Counted from the first letter of the stretch, positions 27,808 through 36,515 are shown. The stretch: 57,833 nucleotides of DNA from Bacillota bacterium (GCA_012520315.1 JAAYOM010000113.1:1-57833), one strand, 5' to 3'. Made by a program: numbers and translations. The notes: generated by a model not told the origin, from the sequence alone.

Positions 27808-29170
27808 ACAATTAACCTATGAACTGCCGATGGACTTAAGTGCAGAGCGCCAAATCTTAGGCATCTTGATCAAACACCCTGCCCAAGTCGATCGGGTGGT
27901 TGATCGCCTCCGGCCCGCACACTTTATGGATCCGGCCCATCGACGGATTTATGAAATCATTCTGGATATTTATAATAAACAGGGGCGGATTTCTTACACC
28001 CAAATCTATAACCGGCTTCATGCCGACTCCATTACAGATTCCCCGGCAGAACTGCTGATCCCCTTGACCGAATCCTTTGTAGCCCTTAGTGAGCTCGAAC
28101 CTAGCCTGGAGATTCTCCTGCACAAGGAGGGTATCCGCAGGCTTGTCCAGGCCTGCGACGCGGTGAAGGCCTTGGCATTGGATCCGAAGAATGAAGATTT
28201 GGAATTAATTCAGGCCAAGGCCCAGGAGCGGATCTTTGCGGCAACGCAGAGCATCGATGCTACAGGCGATGATGTGAAGAACCTTCTAGAGGTTTTGAAT
28301 AAGTGCTACATCAATCTGCTCAGGCGCCGGGAAGGCGATCTTGATGCCTATGGACTTTCGGTGCGCTTTCCGTCCATTGACGGTATGACCACCGGCTTTA
28401 AGAAGAAAGACCTGATTATTCTGGCCGCCCGGCCGTCTATGGGCAAAACCGCTTTGGTCTTGAACATGGCAGCCAATGTGGCCAAGCGCGACATTCCGGT
28501 ACTTTTCTTCAGCCTCGAGATGGATGATGAACAAATCGGCGACCGGATTGTCCTTAGTGAGCTCTTTGCCCATAAAGAAGGCGAACAGCACTTAGTCACC
28601 TCCCATGAGTATCAGGGGAGACTCAGTGACGAACAGTTTATGGTCACCCAAAAAGTATTTAACGAACTCTACCACTTACCAATTTCCATCGTAGACAAAC
28701 GGGGCATGACCGTACCTGAAATTAGGGCCAAGGCCAGAAAATTTAAGGCAGAAAATGGCAATTTGGGCCTGATTGTCATAGACTACCTGCAATTAATCAA
28801 GCCTCCGGATAACTCCTCCCGGAGCTGGACCTTAATTGTAGGGGAGATGGTGCGGGAACTTCGGGATCTGGCCGGTGAGCTTGATGTGCCCATCATCCTT
28901 TTGTCCCAGCTGAACCGGGGCGTAGAGAGCAGAGAAAACAAGCGGCCCATGATGTCTGACCTGAGGGATTCAGGGAATATTGAGGAATTTGCTGACGTGA
29001 TCATGTTTCTCTATAGAGATGACTATTATAATCCTGAAAAGGCAAGGGCGGAGGGAACGGAAGGATTAGTCGAAGTGATCTTCGCCAAGCAGCGCAAAGG
29101 CAGCACCGGCACAGTGCAGCTGCGCTTTATCAAAGAATACACCCGTTTTATCGATGAGTATACAAAGTAG
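27794..29170 (+). CDS. dnaB: DnaB-family replicative helicase, divergent
   Basis: AARPSMGKT, FFSLEM, VIDYLQL, LSQLNR, SDLRDSGNIE, AKQRKG; N-terminal P...AER.ILG. Confidence 0.88.
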   Translation: MNLTEQLTYELPMDLSAERQILGILIKHPAQVDRVVDRLRPAHFMDPAHRRIYEIILDIYNKQGRISYTQIYNRLHADSITDSPAELLIPLTESFVALSELEPSLEILLHKEGIRRLVQACDAVKALALDPKNEDLELIQAKAQERIFAATQSIDATGDDVKNLLEVLNKCYINLLRRREGDLDAYGLSVRFPSIDGMTTGFKKKDLIILAARPSMGKTALVLNMAANVAKRDIPVLFFSLEMDDEQIGDRIVLSELFAHKEGEQHLVTSHEYQGRLSDEQFMVTQKVFNELYHLPISIVDKRGMTVPEIRAKARKFKAENGNLGLIVIDYLQLIKPPDNSSRSWTLIVGEMVRELRDLAGELDVPIILLSQLNRGVESRENKRPMMSDLRDSGNIEEFADVIMFLYRDDYYNPEKARAEGTEGLVEVIFAKQRKGSTGTVQLRFIKEYTRFIDEYTK

Positions 29171-29371
29171 GTGAAGCTCGTGGGTGATTTGAACCGGACG
29201 AAGTTGATTTTCTTAGATACCTGCCGCAACCTGGTTGAGCTTGGCGAGTTATCGAAAGAAGAGTATTTTGAGATCTGCGATCTTTTGGATCGTTTGGAGG
29301 AACTTGACAACGAAGAGTTTAAAGCAGAGTTACGCAGGATCAGTAAAGGTCTTAGTGATCTGATCGGCTAG
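29171..29371 (+). CDS. 66-aa acidic helical protein of unknown function
   Basis: GTG directly abuts the helicase TAG; fills the gap to rsmA; amphipathic-helix pattern. Confidence 0.75.
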   Translation: MKLVGDLNRTKLIFLDTCRNLVELGELSKEEYFEICDLLDRLEELDNEEFKAELRRISKGLSDLIG

Positions 29372-29381
29372 GGGGGCACCA

Positions 29382-30245
29382 ATGTCGCACATCACCAATC
29401 CATCGTATATCACAGGCATTATGAAAGAGCGGGGTTTTAGCACCAAGAAGCGTTTTGGGCAAAATTTTCTGATCGATCAAAATATTGTAGAACGCATTAT
29501 CCAAAGTGCCGGTTTGCAGCGGGGGGAATGGGCCCTGGAAATCGGTCCCGGCCTAGGGGCCCTCACTGTGCACCTGGGAGAGCAGGCTGACCATGTGGTG
29601 GCCATTGAAATTGATTCGAATTTAGTGGACATCTTAGAGGAGACTTTGGCCAGTGAGAAGATCACTATTTGGGCTGGAGATGCTCTAGAGGAAAATTGGG
29701 AGGAGCTCTTGGGCAGCTGCGGCTGGCAGGGGCAGCCCCTCAAATTTGTAGCAAATCTCCCCTACTACCTCACCACGCCCCTGATTATGAAAGCTCTTGA
29801 GAGTGAATTGCCCTTTACCTCCCTGGTTGTCATGGTGCAAAAGGAAGTTGCCACGCGCATGCTGGCTTCGGCAGGGAGCAAAGACTTTGGTATTCTCTCC
29901 CTGGTTGTGCAATACTACTCCACAAGCAGCCTGGTGATGAATGTGCCTAGAACGGTGTTTATTCCTGCACCTGCCGTTGATTCAGCAGTGGTGGAGCTTG
30001 TACCCCGTGCCCCGGAGGTGGATGCGCCTCGCACTGAGCTTTTTGCGGTTATTCGGGCAGGTTTTGGTCAGAGACGCAAAACAGTGCGCAATGCCCTCAA
30101 GCCCTTGGCTAAAGAGTGGGGGATTTCCCTGGAGGGGCTCGACCAGGCCTTCCTGCAGGCAGAAATCAACCCTGCACACAGAGCGGAACGGCTGTCACTG
30201 GAAGATTTCAGCCGCCTAACTAAAGAACTCTTGAAGGGAGTGTGA
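29382..30245 (+). CDS. rsmA: 16S rRNA dimethyladenosine transferase RsmA/KsgA
   Basis: KRFGQNFL, EIGPGLGALT, ANLPYY, MVQKEVA, GQRRKT. Confidence 0.97.
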   Translation: MSHITNPSYITGIMKERGFSTKKRFGQNFLIDQNIVERIIQSAGLQRGEWALEIGPGLGALTVHLGEQADHVVAIEIDSNLVDILEETLASEKITIWAGDALEENWEELLGSCGWQGQPLKFVANLPYYLTTPLIMKALESELPFTSLVVMVQKEVATRMLASAGSKDFGILSLVVQYYSTSSLVMNVPRTVFIPAPAVDSAVVELVPRAPEVDAPRTELFAVIRAGFGQRRKTVRNALKPLAKEWGISLEGLDQAFLQAEINPAHRAERLSLEDFSRLTKELLKGV

Positions 30246-30718
30246 ACAAAGTGGAGTTTATCAGTCCGACGAAAGGGCCCATGACCTTTGACCAGGTGTT
30301 CGAAGAGATTATTTCCTATGCGTCGGCCCATCCCGAAGACAATTACCGTCTGATTGTGGGCACAGACTCACAGTTTCGGGAAGAAACCTGCTTTGTCACC
30401 GCCCTGATTGTCCACCGCCAAGGGAAGGGCGGCAGGTTTTTTTACACGCGCAGCTATGACCGGCACGCCCGTTCTTTGCGGCAGAGAATCTTTTATGAAG
30501 CTTCCCTGAGCCTGAGTGTGGCATCACTGCTAACTGACAAGCTGGCCAGCCATGGTCAGGAACTCAATTTAGAAATTCATTTAGATGTGGGAAACAACGG
30601 AGCTACTAAGACATTGGTTAAGGAAGTGGTGGGCATGGTCAACGGATCCGGCTACACCTGCAGGATTAAGCCCGATTCCTACGGTGCTTCTTCGGTAGCA
30701 GATCGGTATACCAAATAG
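30242..30718 (+). CDS. RNase H-like YkuK-family protein
   Basis: IVGTDSQ, HRQGKGG, EIHLDVG, ASSVADRYTK. Confidence 0.85.
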   Translation: MNKVEFISPTKGPMTFDQVFEEIISYASAHPEDNYRLIVGTDSQFREETCFVTALIVHRQGKGGRFFYTRSYDRHARSLRQRIFYEASLSLSVASLLTDKLASHGQELNLEIHLDVGNNGATKTLVKEVVGMVNGSGYTCRIKPDSYGASSVADRYTK

Positions 30719-30784
30719 AGCTGTCCCCATTTGGACTAGTTGCGAAAAAGCCCAAGAAAAAATGCGAAAATCGCATTTTCCTGC

Positions 30785-30852
30785 TTGACATTGGGCTGGA
30801 GCATTGATAAAATGTTATTTTAATTGACAAACAGCCTCTTTCATGGTAGAAT
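30785..30852 (+). promoter_or_regulatory. Tandem sigmaA promoters of veg
   Basis: TTGACA(30785)-N17-TAAAAT and TTGACA(30824)-N17-TAGAAT, both with TG extension. Confidence 0.88.
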
Positions 30853-30886
30853 AAATTCGACAAAATGGTATAGAGGCGGTGGCAAA

Positions 30887-31159
30887 ATGGCTGTGGGAAT
30901 TAATACCCTCCAGCAGATCAAGCTGGACCTAGAGGCAAGTGTTGGCAAGCGGGTCAAACTGCGGGCAAACCGCGGGCGCAAGAAGATTGTTGAAGCCGAA
31001 GGTGTCATCGAGAGCACATACCCCAAACTCTTTGTGGTGAAGTTAGATGAGTCCCATTCTCTCGAACGCCTGTCTTATACCTATGCTGATGTGCTCACCA
31101 AGACAGTGGAAGTTATGGTTGACGATTGTCTGATTGGGGACTTGCCGGCTATTAATTAA
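30887..31159 (+). CDS. veg: Veg family protein
   Basis: GKRVKLRANRGRKK, TYPKLFVV, SYTYADVLT. ATG 30887 follows GAGGCGG. Confidence 0.94.
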   Translation: MAVGINTLQQIKLDLEASVGKRVKLRANRGRKKIVEAEGVIESTYPKLFVVKLDESHSLERLSYTYADVLTKTVEVMVDDCLIGDLPAIN

Positions 31160-31239
31160 TACCGAAATACGTAAGTATTACCATGTCGCCTAGAATAGAA
31201 ATGGACAAGCTTTTCACTAAGCTGACCAAAGACTTAACT

Positions 31240-31263
31240 AAGCACCGAAAGGTGCTTTTTTTT
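31240..31263 (+). terminator. Intrinsic terminator after veg
   Basis: AAGCACC-GAAA-GGTGCTT then a T-run. Confidence 0.85.
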
Positions 31264-31314
31264 GTCCTTAAACCCAGGGACACGGCATATGAATGTGTGG
31301 AGGAGGCGATGGTC

Positions 31315-32583
31315 ATGGCTCTTTTGCCAGGCAGAAAACTGGGCTCCCGCACCCTGCGGCTGGGGGATAAAGGATCGGATGTAGATCAGCTGCACGCATT
31401 TTTACGCCGCCAGGGTTATGATCTGGGCTCCGAGGCAGGCTTCGGCTATCTGACTAAAGATGCAGTAAAAAGATGGCAGCGGGACCACGGGCTGGTGGCC
31501 GACGGTATTGCCGGCAAGCGGTTTTATGCCTTGGCTCTCAAGGCCGATCCGCCTGTTCGCCGCAGAGTGCATGTGGTGGGGTCGAATGAAACACTTCAGC
31601 AGATTGCAGGGCTTTATGAAGTCGGACAAGAGGCCTTCGGCAATCTTTCTGCTCAGCAGAAAGTCTACCCCGGCCAGAGACTGGTTTTCTTTGAGCGGGA
31701 GATTTGGGGCATGTGTACAAACACTCCCCAGGGCAAGCTGCCCCTAACGGGATTTGTCTGTCCGGGCCGCCCTGCCGCCTCCTTGCCGGGTCCCTATGTA
31801 CTTAGGCCTGCATCGGGAGGCGACGCTGATATCGTGCAAGTCCACCATCAGCTGCGCACGCCGGGCAGGCGGAAACAAACAGCCCAACAGTTTCTGGAAG
31901 CTATGGGCGGTGCAGGCTGTCTCGGTTTGTATCTGCCTTACAAGGCGGTGGCACCTCTGGACGGCAGGCGCTATCTAAAGCTCTTGAAGCGTTTAAGGCG
32001 TCAGCTCAAGCCCCCGGCCATGTTGTGGGCAGAGCTTGGTCCGGACATACCGGGTTGGAAAATCTGGGGAGGAGTGGACTATTTTGCCGTTAACCAGCTG
32101 GTGGACCGGGTGGTCTTAGATTTGCCTCCCCCAGCTCAGCCAGGCCCCCTCTTTGAACGGCAGCGGGGCGAAAAGCTTGTAGAATCTCTTTTGCCCTGCA
32201 TCCACTCGTGGAAAATTCTCCTTAAGGTTCCGGTCTATGCCTTAGAGTGGAAGCTGGATGCTGAGGAGGGTAGGCAGGAGCGGGGCAAACTTCCTTACCA
32301 GACTGCACTCTCCAGAGCTTTCCGCCACGGGGCCCGCCTTTTGCAGGATGAAGGGGGTTTTCCCTATTACCGGTACAAGAAGCGGGGCATCGACTACCAA
32401 GTACGCCTGCTTCCCCACAGTTTTCTGGCGGAAGTCTCTGCCATAGCCAATCGGCATAACCTGGCGGGCCTGATCCTAGATGAGCTGGGTATGGAAGATT
32501 CCCGCATCTGGCAGAGCACAAATAGGTATTTCCGCACTGCATCCTGGAGTCCAGGAGGTGAAACATCCGCTGAATATTTCTGA
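31315..32583 (+). CDS. Peptidoglycan-binding domain + LysM + degenerate GH18-like domain (YaaH/YdhD-like spore protein)
   Basis: PG_binding_1 (LRLGDKGSDV...WQRDHGLVADGIAG), LysM-like (HVVGSNETLQQIA), GH18-like blocks (GVDY...DRVV, PGP, KILLKVPVY..EW). Start follows GGAGGAGG. Confidence 0.7.
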   Translation: MALLPGRKLGSRTLRLGDKGSDVDQLHAFLRRQGYDLGSEAGFGYLTKDAVKRWQRDHGLVADGIAGKRFYALALKADPPVRRRVHVVGSNETLQQIAGLYEVGQEAFGNLSAQQKVYPGQRLVFFEREIWGMCTNTPQGKLPLTGFVCPGRPAASLPGPYVLRPASGGDADIVQVHHQLRTPGRRKQTAQQFLEAMGGAGCLGLYLPYKAVAPLDGRRYLKLLKRLRRQLKPPAMLWAELGPDIPGWKIWGGVDYFAVNQLVDRVVLDLPPPAQPGPLFERQRGEKLVESLLPCIHSWKILLKVPVYALEWKLDAEEGRQERGKLPYQTALSRAFRHGARLLQDEGGFPYYRYKKRGIDYQVRLLPHSFLAEVSAIANRHNLAGLILDELGMEDSRIWQSTNRYFRTASWSPGGETSAEYF

Positions 32584-32662
32584 TCAATAGACATGTTTTG
32601 CCGCCCTAGTTCATAGATATTAGGGAATACCAAAGGAGTTTATGGCAAAAAGGGGGAGAGAG

Positions 32663-34246
32663 ATGAGCCTAAGTGTGAAAGAAAACCGCCTTGTTGCGGT
32701 GAATCGTGTGGGGGAAAATTCGCTTCAAACCGTCCTCCAGGGTAGGGTTGAACTGCCCGGCACCGCAGCTCCTGCAGAGAGAATCGTTTGGGTGCAGGGC
32801 AGGCCTCAGCTGCAGTCCTTGACTACAGACCAGGATCGTGTCTATGTGCAGGGAGCAATTGATCTGATCATGGTCTATGTACCTGAGACTTTAGAAGACG
32901 AGCCGGCGGGATTGAAGCGGGTGGAATGGCCTGGTGCCCTCCCCTTTGACACTCATGTAGAGGTAATTGGGGCGGAGCCGGACATGGAAGCTGAAGCTGA
33001 ATTGAAGACACTCGCGTGCGAATGGAGTCTTGACGGGGGACAGTACTCCCTGGATGTGGATCTGATTGTGGCTGTAACCGCCCGGGTAGAACAGATCCGG
33101 GAGTATGCGGTGATCAGCGACGCCAATTTGGCCCAGCCGGCCAAACTAACCAGCGATGGTGCAGTATTACATCCCTTACCGCCCGCGCTCAAACTCGATG
33201 TTGACAAGGAAATCACTGGCATGCTGGAGTTTGCTGAAGAAGGATCAGCACCTGTAGGTACAGTTCTAGACATGTTTGCAGAGGTTAATCTTGTTGAAAC
33301 AGAAATCGGCGAAGGCAGGCTGGAAGCTAAAGGTGCAGCCAACCTCAGGGTGCTTTATCAGGGGGAAGACTTGGGAGTCTCTGTACGGGAGTTCTGGCAG
33401 GTGCTGCCCTTTGAACTTGTCTTTGAACGAACAGAGATTGAACCGGGCATGGCTCTGGAGCCGGCACTTACCTGCAGCCCGGAGGCCTTTGTCGTCAATG
33501 ACGGAAAAAATGTCCGGGTGGAGCTGCATCTGCAAGGTGCCCTTCTCTTGCGCGATCATCAGCCCGTACAGGTGCTGACTGATATGGGAGCATCAGGCAG
33601 CCAGGTGGAGGTGCGCAAAGAGCTGATGGCGGTAGACAGCTTCGTCGGCCGTAAAGAGCAGCAAGGCGTAGTACGGGGCTTAATCGAACTTACACAAGAG
33701 CTGCCGCCTATCCGGGAGGTTCTAATTGGTACCGCTGCCGCGCATCTGATCGATTATGAGGTAGAAAACGATAAGCTGGTTGTAGAAGGTGTGCTGGATG
33801 TGGAACTTTACTATCTAGCCCACTCCGAGGAAGATACCAAACCCTTGTTCAGGGGAGTTTTTCCGGAAATAATCTCCTTCCAGCAGACCCTTGCTGTGCC
33901 TGGCCTGGAACTTGGCATGCAGCCTAGGATTGAAATTGAAGTTCTGGCTGTAAAACCGGATCTTATTAACCGGGAAACTCTAGAGGTCGCCCTTACACTT
34001 CGCTTTGCAGTGGATGTTGTAGAGTATCTAGAGGTGGAAGCGGTGGTTGAGGCGGTCGCAGTTGAGCCCTTGGAGGAGGATCCGCCCACCATGACCTATG
34101 TGTTTGTGCAAGGGGGCGATACGATCTGGAAATTGTCCCGCCTCTATCACACGACTGAAGAGGCAATTATCGGAGCGAATCCCAGTCTGCAAGAGGATCC
34201 CTTAACACTAAGGGCTGGCGAGCGACTCTATATTCCCCGCAGTTAG
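32663..34246 (+). CDS. SPOCS (DUF3794) repeat + LysM spore coat morphogenetic protein, SipL-like
   Basis: Three repeated beta-rich units (e.g. RVYVQGAIDL..VY, KLVVEGVLDVELYY) and C-terminal LysM YVFVQGGDTIWKLSRLY. Confidence 0.85.
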   Translation: MSLSVKENRLVAVNRVGENSLQTVLQGRVELPGTAAPAERIVWVQGRPQLQSLTTDQDRVYVQGAIDLIMVYVPETLEDEPAGLKRVEWPGALPFDTHVEVIGAEPDMEAEAELKTLACEWSLDGGQYSLDVDLIVAVTARVEQIREYAVISDANLAQPAKLTSDGAVLHPLPPALKLDVDKEITGMLEFAEEGSAPVGTVLDMFAEVNLVETEIGEGRLEAKGAANLRVLYQGEDLGVSVREFWQVLPFELVFERTEIEPGMALEPALTCSPEAFVVNDGKNVRVELHLQGALLLRDHQPVQVLTDMGASGSQVEVRKELMAVDSFVGRKEQQGVVRGLIELTQELPPIREVLIGTAAAHLIDYEVENDKLVVEGVLDVELYYLAHSEEDTKPLFRGVFPEIISFQQTLAVPGLELGMQPRIEIEVLAVKPDLINRETLEVALTLRFAVDVVEYLEVEAVVEAVAVEPLEEDPPTMTYVFVQGGDTIWKLSRLYHTTEEAIIGANPSLQEDPLTLRAGERLYIPRS

Positions 34247-34268
34247 ACCAGGTGAAAACAAAGAAAGC

Positions 34269-34311
34269 AGAGACCTTTGCCGAAGTGTGCCTTCGAAAAA
34301 GGTCTCTTCTT
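34269..34311 (+). terminator. Hairpin or probable terminator after the SipL-like gene
   Basis: AGAGACCTTT/AAAGGTCTCT outer stem with inner CGAAG/CTTCG; weak T-tract. Confidence 0.55.
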
Positions 34312-34358
34312 GATCATTGGGCATAATACCCTGGACTGAACGGGAAAGGGGAGGTAAG

Positions 34359-34790
34359 ATGCTTGCACTCCTGTTGGCAGCTTTGTCCGGCGTATTAATG
34401 GCCCTGCAAGGTACGCTGAACACCGCATTAGCAAAAATTGCAGGCCTTTTAGAGGGCACGTTGGTTGTGCATGTGGTAGGTTCGATTTTGGCCCTCGGCC
34501 TCATTTTGGCAGGGCTGGGCCGGGGCAGCCTGGGCAATTTGCCCAAGGCCCCCTGGTATACTTATTTAGGCGGGGTGCTCAGTGTAGGGATCATCTATCT
34601 GGTCGCCGCGTCCATTGCCAAAGCAGGTGTTGCCCCGGCCACAACCGCCATTATTCTAGGTCAGGTTTTTACGGCAGCCCTGGTAGATCACTTTGGCTGG
34701 TTGGGCTTAGAACCCCTCCCTTTCACGCTGTGGAAGGGTGTCGGGATTCTGCTTATGGCTGGGGGCGCCTGGTTGCTTTTGTCTCGCTGA
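34359..34790 (+). CDS. DMT-superfamily small transporter (YdcZ/DUF606-like)
   Basis: ALQGTLNTAL, WYTYLGGVL, LGQ...A.LVDHFGWLG; RBS GGAGG. Confidence 0.85.
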   Translation: MLALLLAALSGVLMALQGTLNTALAKIAGLLEGTLVVHVVGSILALGLILAGLGRGSLGNLPKAPWYTYLGGVLSVGIIYLVAASIAKAGVAPATTAIILGQVFTAALVDHFGWLGLEPLPFTLWKGVGILLMAGGAWLLLSR

Positions 34791-34850
34791 ATACAGAAGG
34801 AATTTTCTCTTTAGTGCGGAAATAGTGGTAAGACAGGAGTGTTGAGCGCT

Positions 34851-35729
34851 ATGGAGCAGATCACCCTACAAGCCTACGCTAAAGTGAATCTGACTTTAGA
34901 CATTCAAGGACGCAGAAAAGACGGCTATCATCTGCTGCGTTCTGTGATGCAGTCCATCTCTTTGGCTGATACTATTACCCTTCAGAAAAAAGGCAGAGGT
35001 CAAGGCATTTCCCTCCACAGCGATCACCCTTCAGTTCCTGATGATGAACACAACATCTGTTGGCGGGCTGCCCAGGCCTTTGAGCAGCACACGCAGCTTT
35101 CGGGGGGTGTTGCCGTTTCCATTTCCTTGGCTAAGAAAATCCCGGTCGCGGCAGGCTTAGGCGGCGGCAGCGCGGACGCCGCGGCTGTACTTTACGGTTT
35201 GAATAAACTGTATGGAACAGGCTTAGAACTTGCCAAGCTGCAGCAGATTGGCCTGACAATTGGGGCGGATGTTCCCTTCTGTCTGCAGGGAGGCACCTGC
35301 CTGGTTGAGGGTATCGGCGAAGCAATAAGGCCGGTAGGGCCATTTCCTTCTGTAACAATGGTTCTGGTTAAGCCCAAGGCTGGAGTTTCCACTGCTCAAA
35401 TTTACCGCGGATTGGATCCTGCGACCTATGGCGGAGACTCTACCGACAGGCTGCTTGAGTTTATGACAAACCGAACCGATACTCCCTTGGCCAGCATCCT
35501 GGAGAATGCTCTGGAATCTGTAACTTCCGTCTTGGTGCCGGAAGTGGGTATCTGGAAGGGGAGACTCTTGGAACATGGTGCCTTAGTTAGCCTAATGAGC
35601 GGCAGCGGGCCCACAGTCTTTGGCCTTTTTAGCGAGGAACTTCCAGCCCAGAGGTTTTTAGAGCGTTTCCAGCATGAAGTTCAGGTCTTTGGGGTTACCT
35701 TAATGGACAGGGGCGTGTGTTCAAGATGA
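34851..35729 (+). CDS. ispE: 4-diphosphocytidyl-2-C-methyl-D-erythritol kinase
   Basis: AKVNLTL, KKIPVAAGLGGGSADAA, GADVPF, MSGSGPT. Start lies between 34839 and 34851. Confidence 0.96.
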   Translation: MEQITLQAYAKVNLTLDIQGRRKDGYHLLRSVMQSISLADTITLQKKGRGQGISLHSDHPSVPDDEHNICWRAAQAFEQHTQLSGGVAVSISLAKKIPVAAGLGGGSADAAAVLYGLNKLYGTGLELAKLQQIGLTIGADVPFCLQGGTCLVEGIGEAIRPVGPFPSVTMVLVKPKAGVSTAQIYRGLDPATYGGDSTDRLLEFMTNRTDTPLASILENALESVTSVLVPEVGIWKGRLLEHGALVSLMSGSGPTVFGLFSEELPAQRFLERFQHEVQVFGVTLMDRGVCSR

Positions 35730-35746
35730 GCAGAGGAGACCAAGAG

Positions 35747-36514
35747 ATGAAAGTAGATGCCGTAGTATTGGCGGGGGCCCCAAATACTGGTCAGTTGCAG
35801 GAAGTGCGTGGGGAGAAATGGGAGGCGGAAATCCCCATTTCAGGCAAACCTATGGTAAATTACGTAATTGAAGCGCTGCAAAGTTCCTCCCGTGTCGGAG
35901 AAATTGTGGTGGTGGCTCCGGCGGAGATCAAAGATGTGCTGGCACCCCATATTAGATGGGTTGAGGCAGGCAGCAGCCTCACCGAGAATATTTTCCGAGC
36001 AATGGACGTTCTAGACAAGAAGAACAATGTACTCTTCGTCACATCTGACGTTCCCTTTATCCACGCCGAGGTAATCGATGACTTTGTGAGCCGCTGCGGC
36101 GAACTGCAGGGTGAAATTTTCTATCCCATTACTTCCAAAGAAGCCACGGAAAAGATGTATCCTGAGACTACGCGCACGTATTTTACCCTTAAAGAAGGAT
36201 CCTTTACCGGGGGCAACATTCTCTTGGCTGCTCCCCAGGCAGTCGTCAATTCGCGCTGGGTAATGGATGAAGTGATCTCCCGGCGCAAGAAACCATGGAA
36301 AATCATAAGGATGCTGGGCTTTTTCTTTATACTCAAGTTTCTCACTAAACAGCTTTCCCTCCGGGAGTTGGAACAGCGGGCGAGTGAACTTCTCGGTCAC
36401 AGCGGCGTCCTGATTATTTCTCCCTATCCGGAACTGAGCAATGATGTCGATAAACCAAGCGATTTACAGCTAGCAGAGAAAACCATTGCTGCCGTGCAAG
36501 ACAAGGAGGCTTAG
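35747..36514 (+). CDS. Nucleotidyltransferase-fold protein (MobA/GT-A-like) of unknown specificity
   Basis: AVVLAG, GKPMVNYVIEAL, TSDVP, NDVDKPSDL. Confidence 0.75.
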   Translation: MKVDAVVLAGAPNTGQLQEVRGEKWEAEIPISGKPMVNYVIEALQSSSRVGEIVVVAPAEIKDVLAPHIRWVEAGSSLTENIFRAMDVLDKKNNVLFVTSDVPFIHAEVIDDFVSRCGELQGEIFYPITSKEATEKMYPETTRTYFTLKEGSFTGGNILLAAPQAVVNSRWVMDEVISRRKKPWKIIRMLGFFFILKFLTKQLSLRELEQRASELLGHSGVLIISPYPELSNDVDKPSDLQLAEKTIAAVQDKEA

Positions 36515-36515
36515 C

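Noticed and set aside
27106-29371. Intact prophage around the DnaD-like/helicase genes
   Set aside because: No integrase, repressor, structural genes, att repeats or obvious compositional shift; flanked by coupled core genes.
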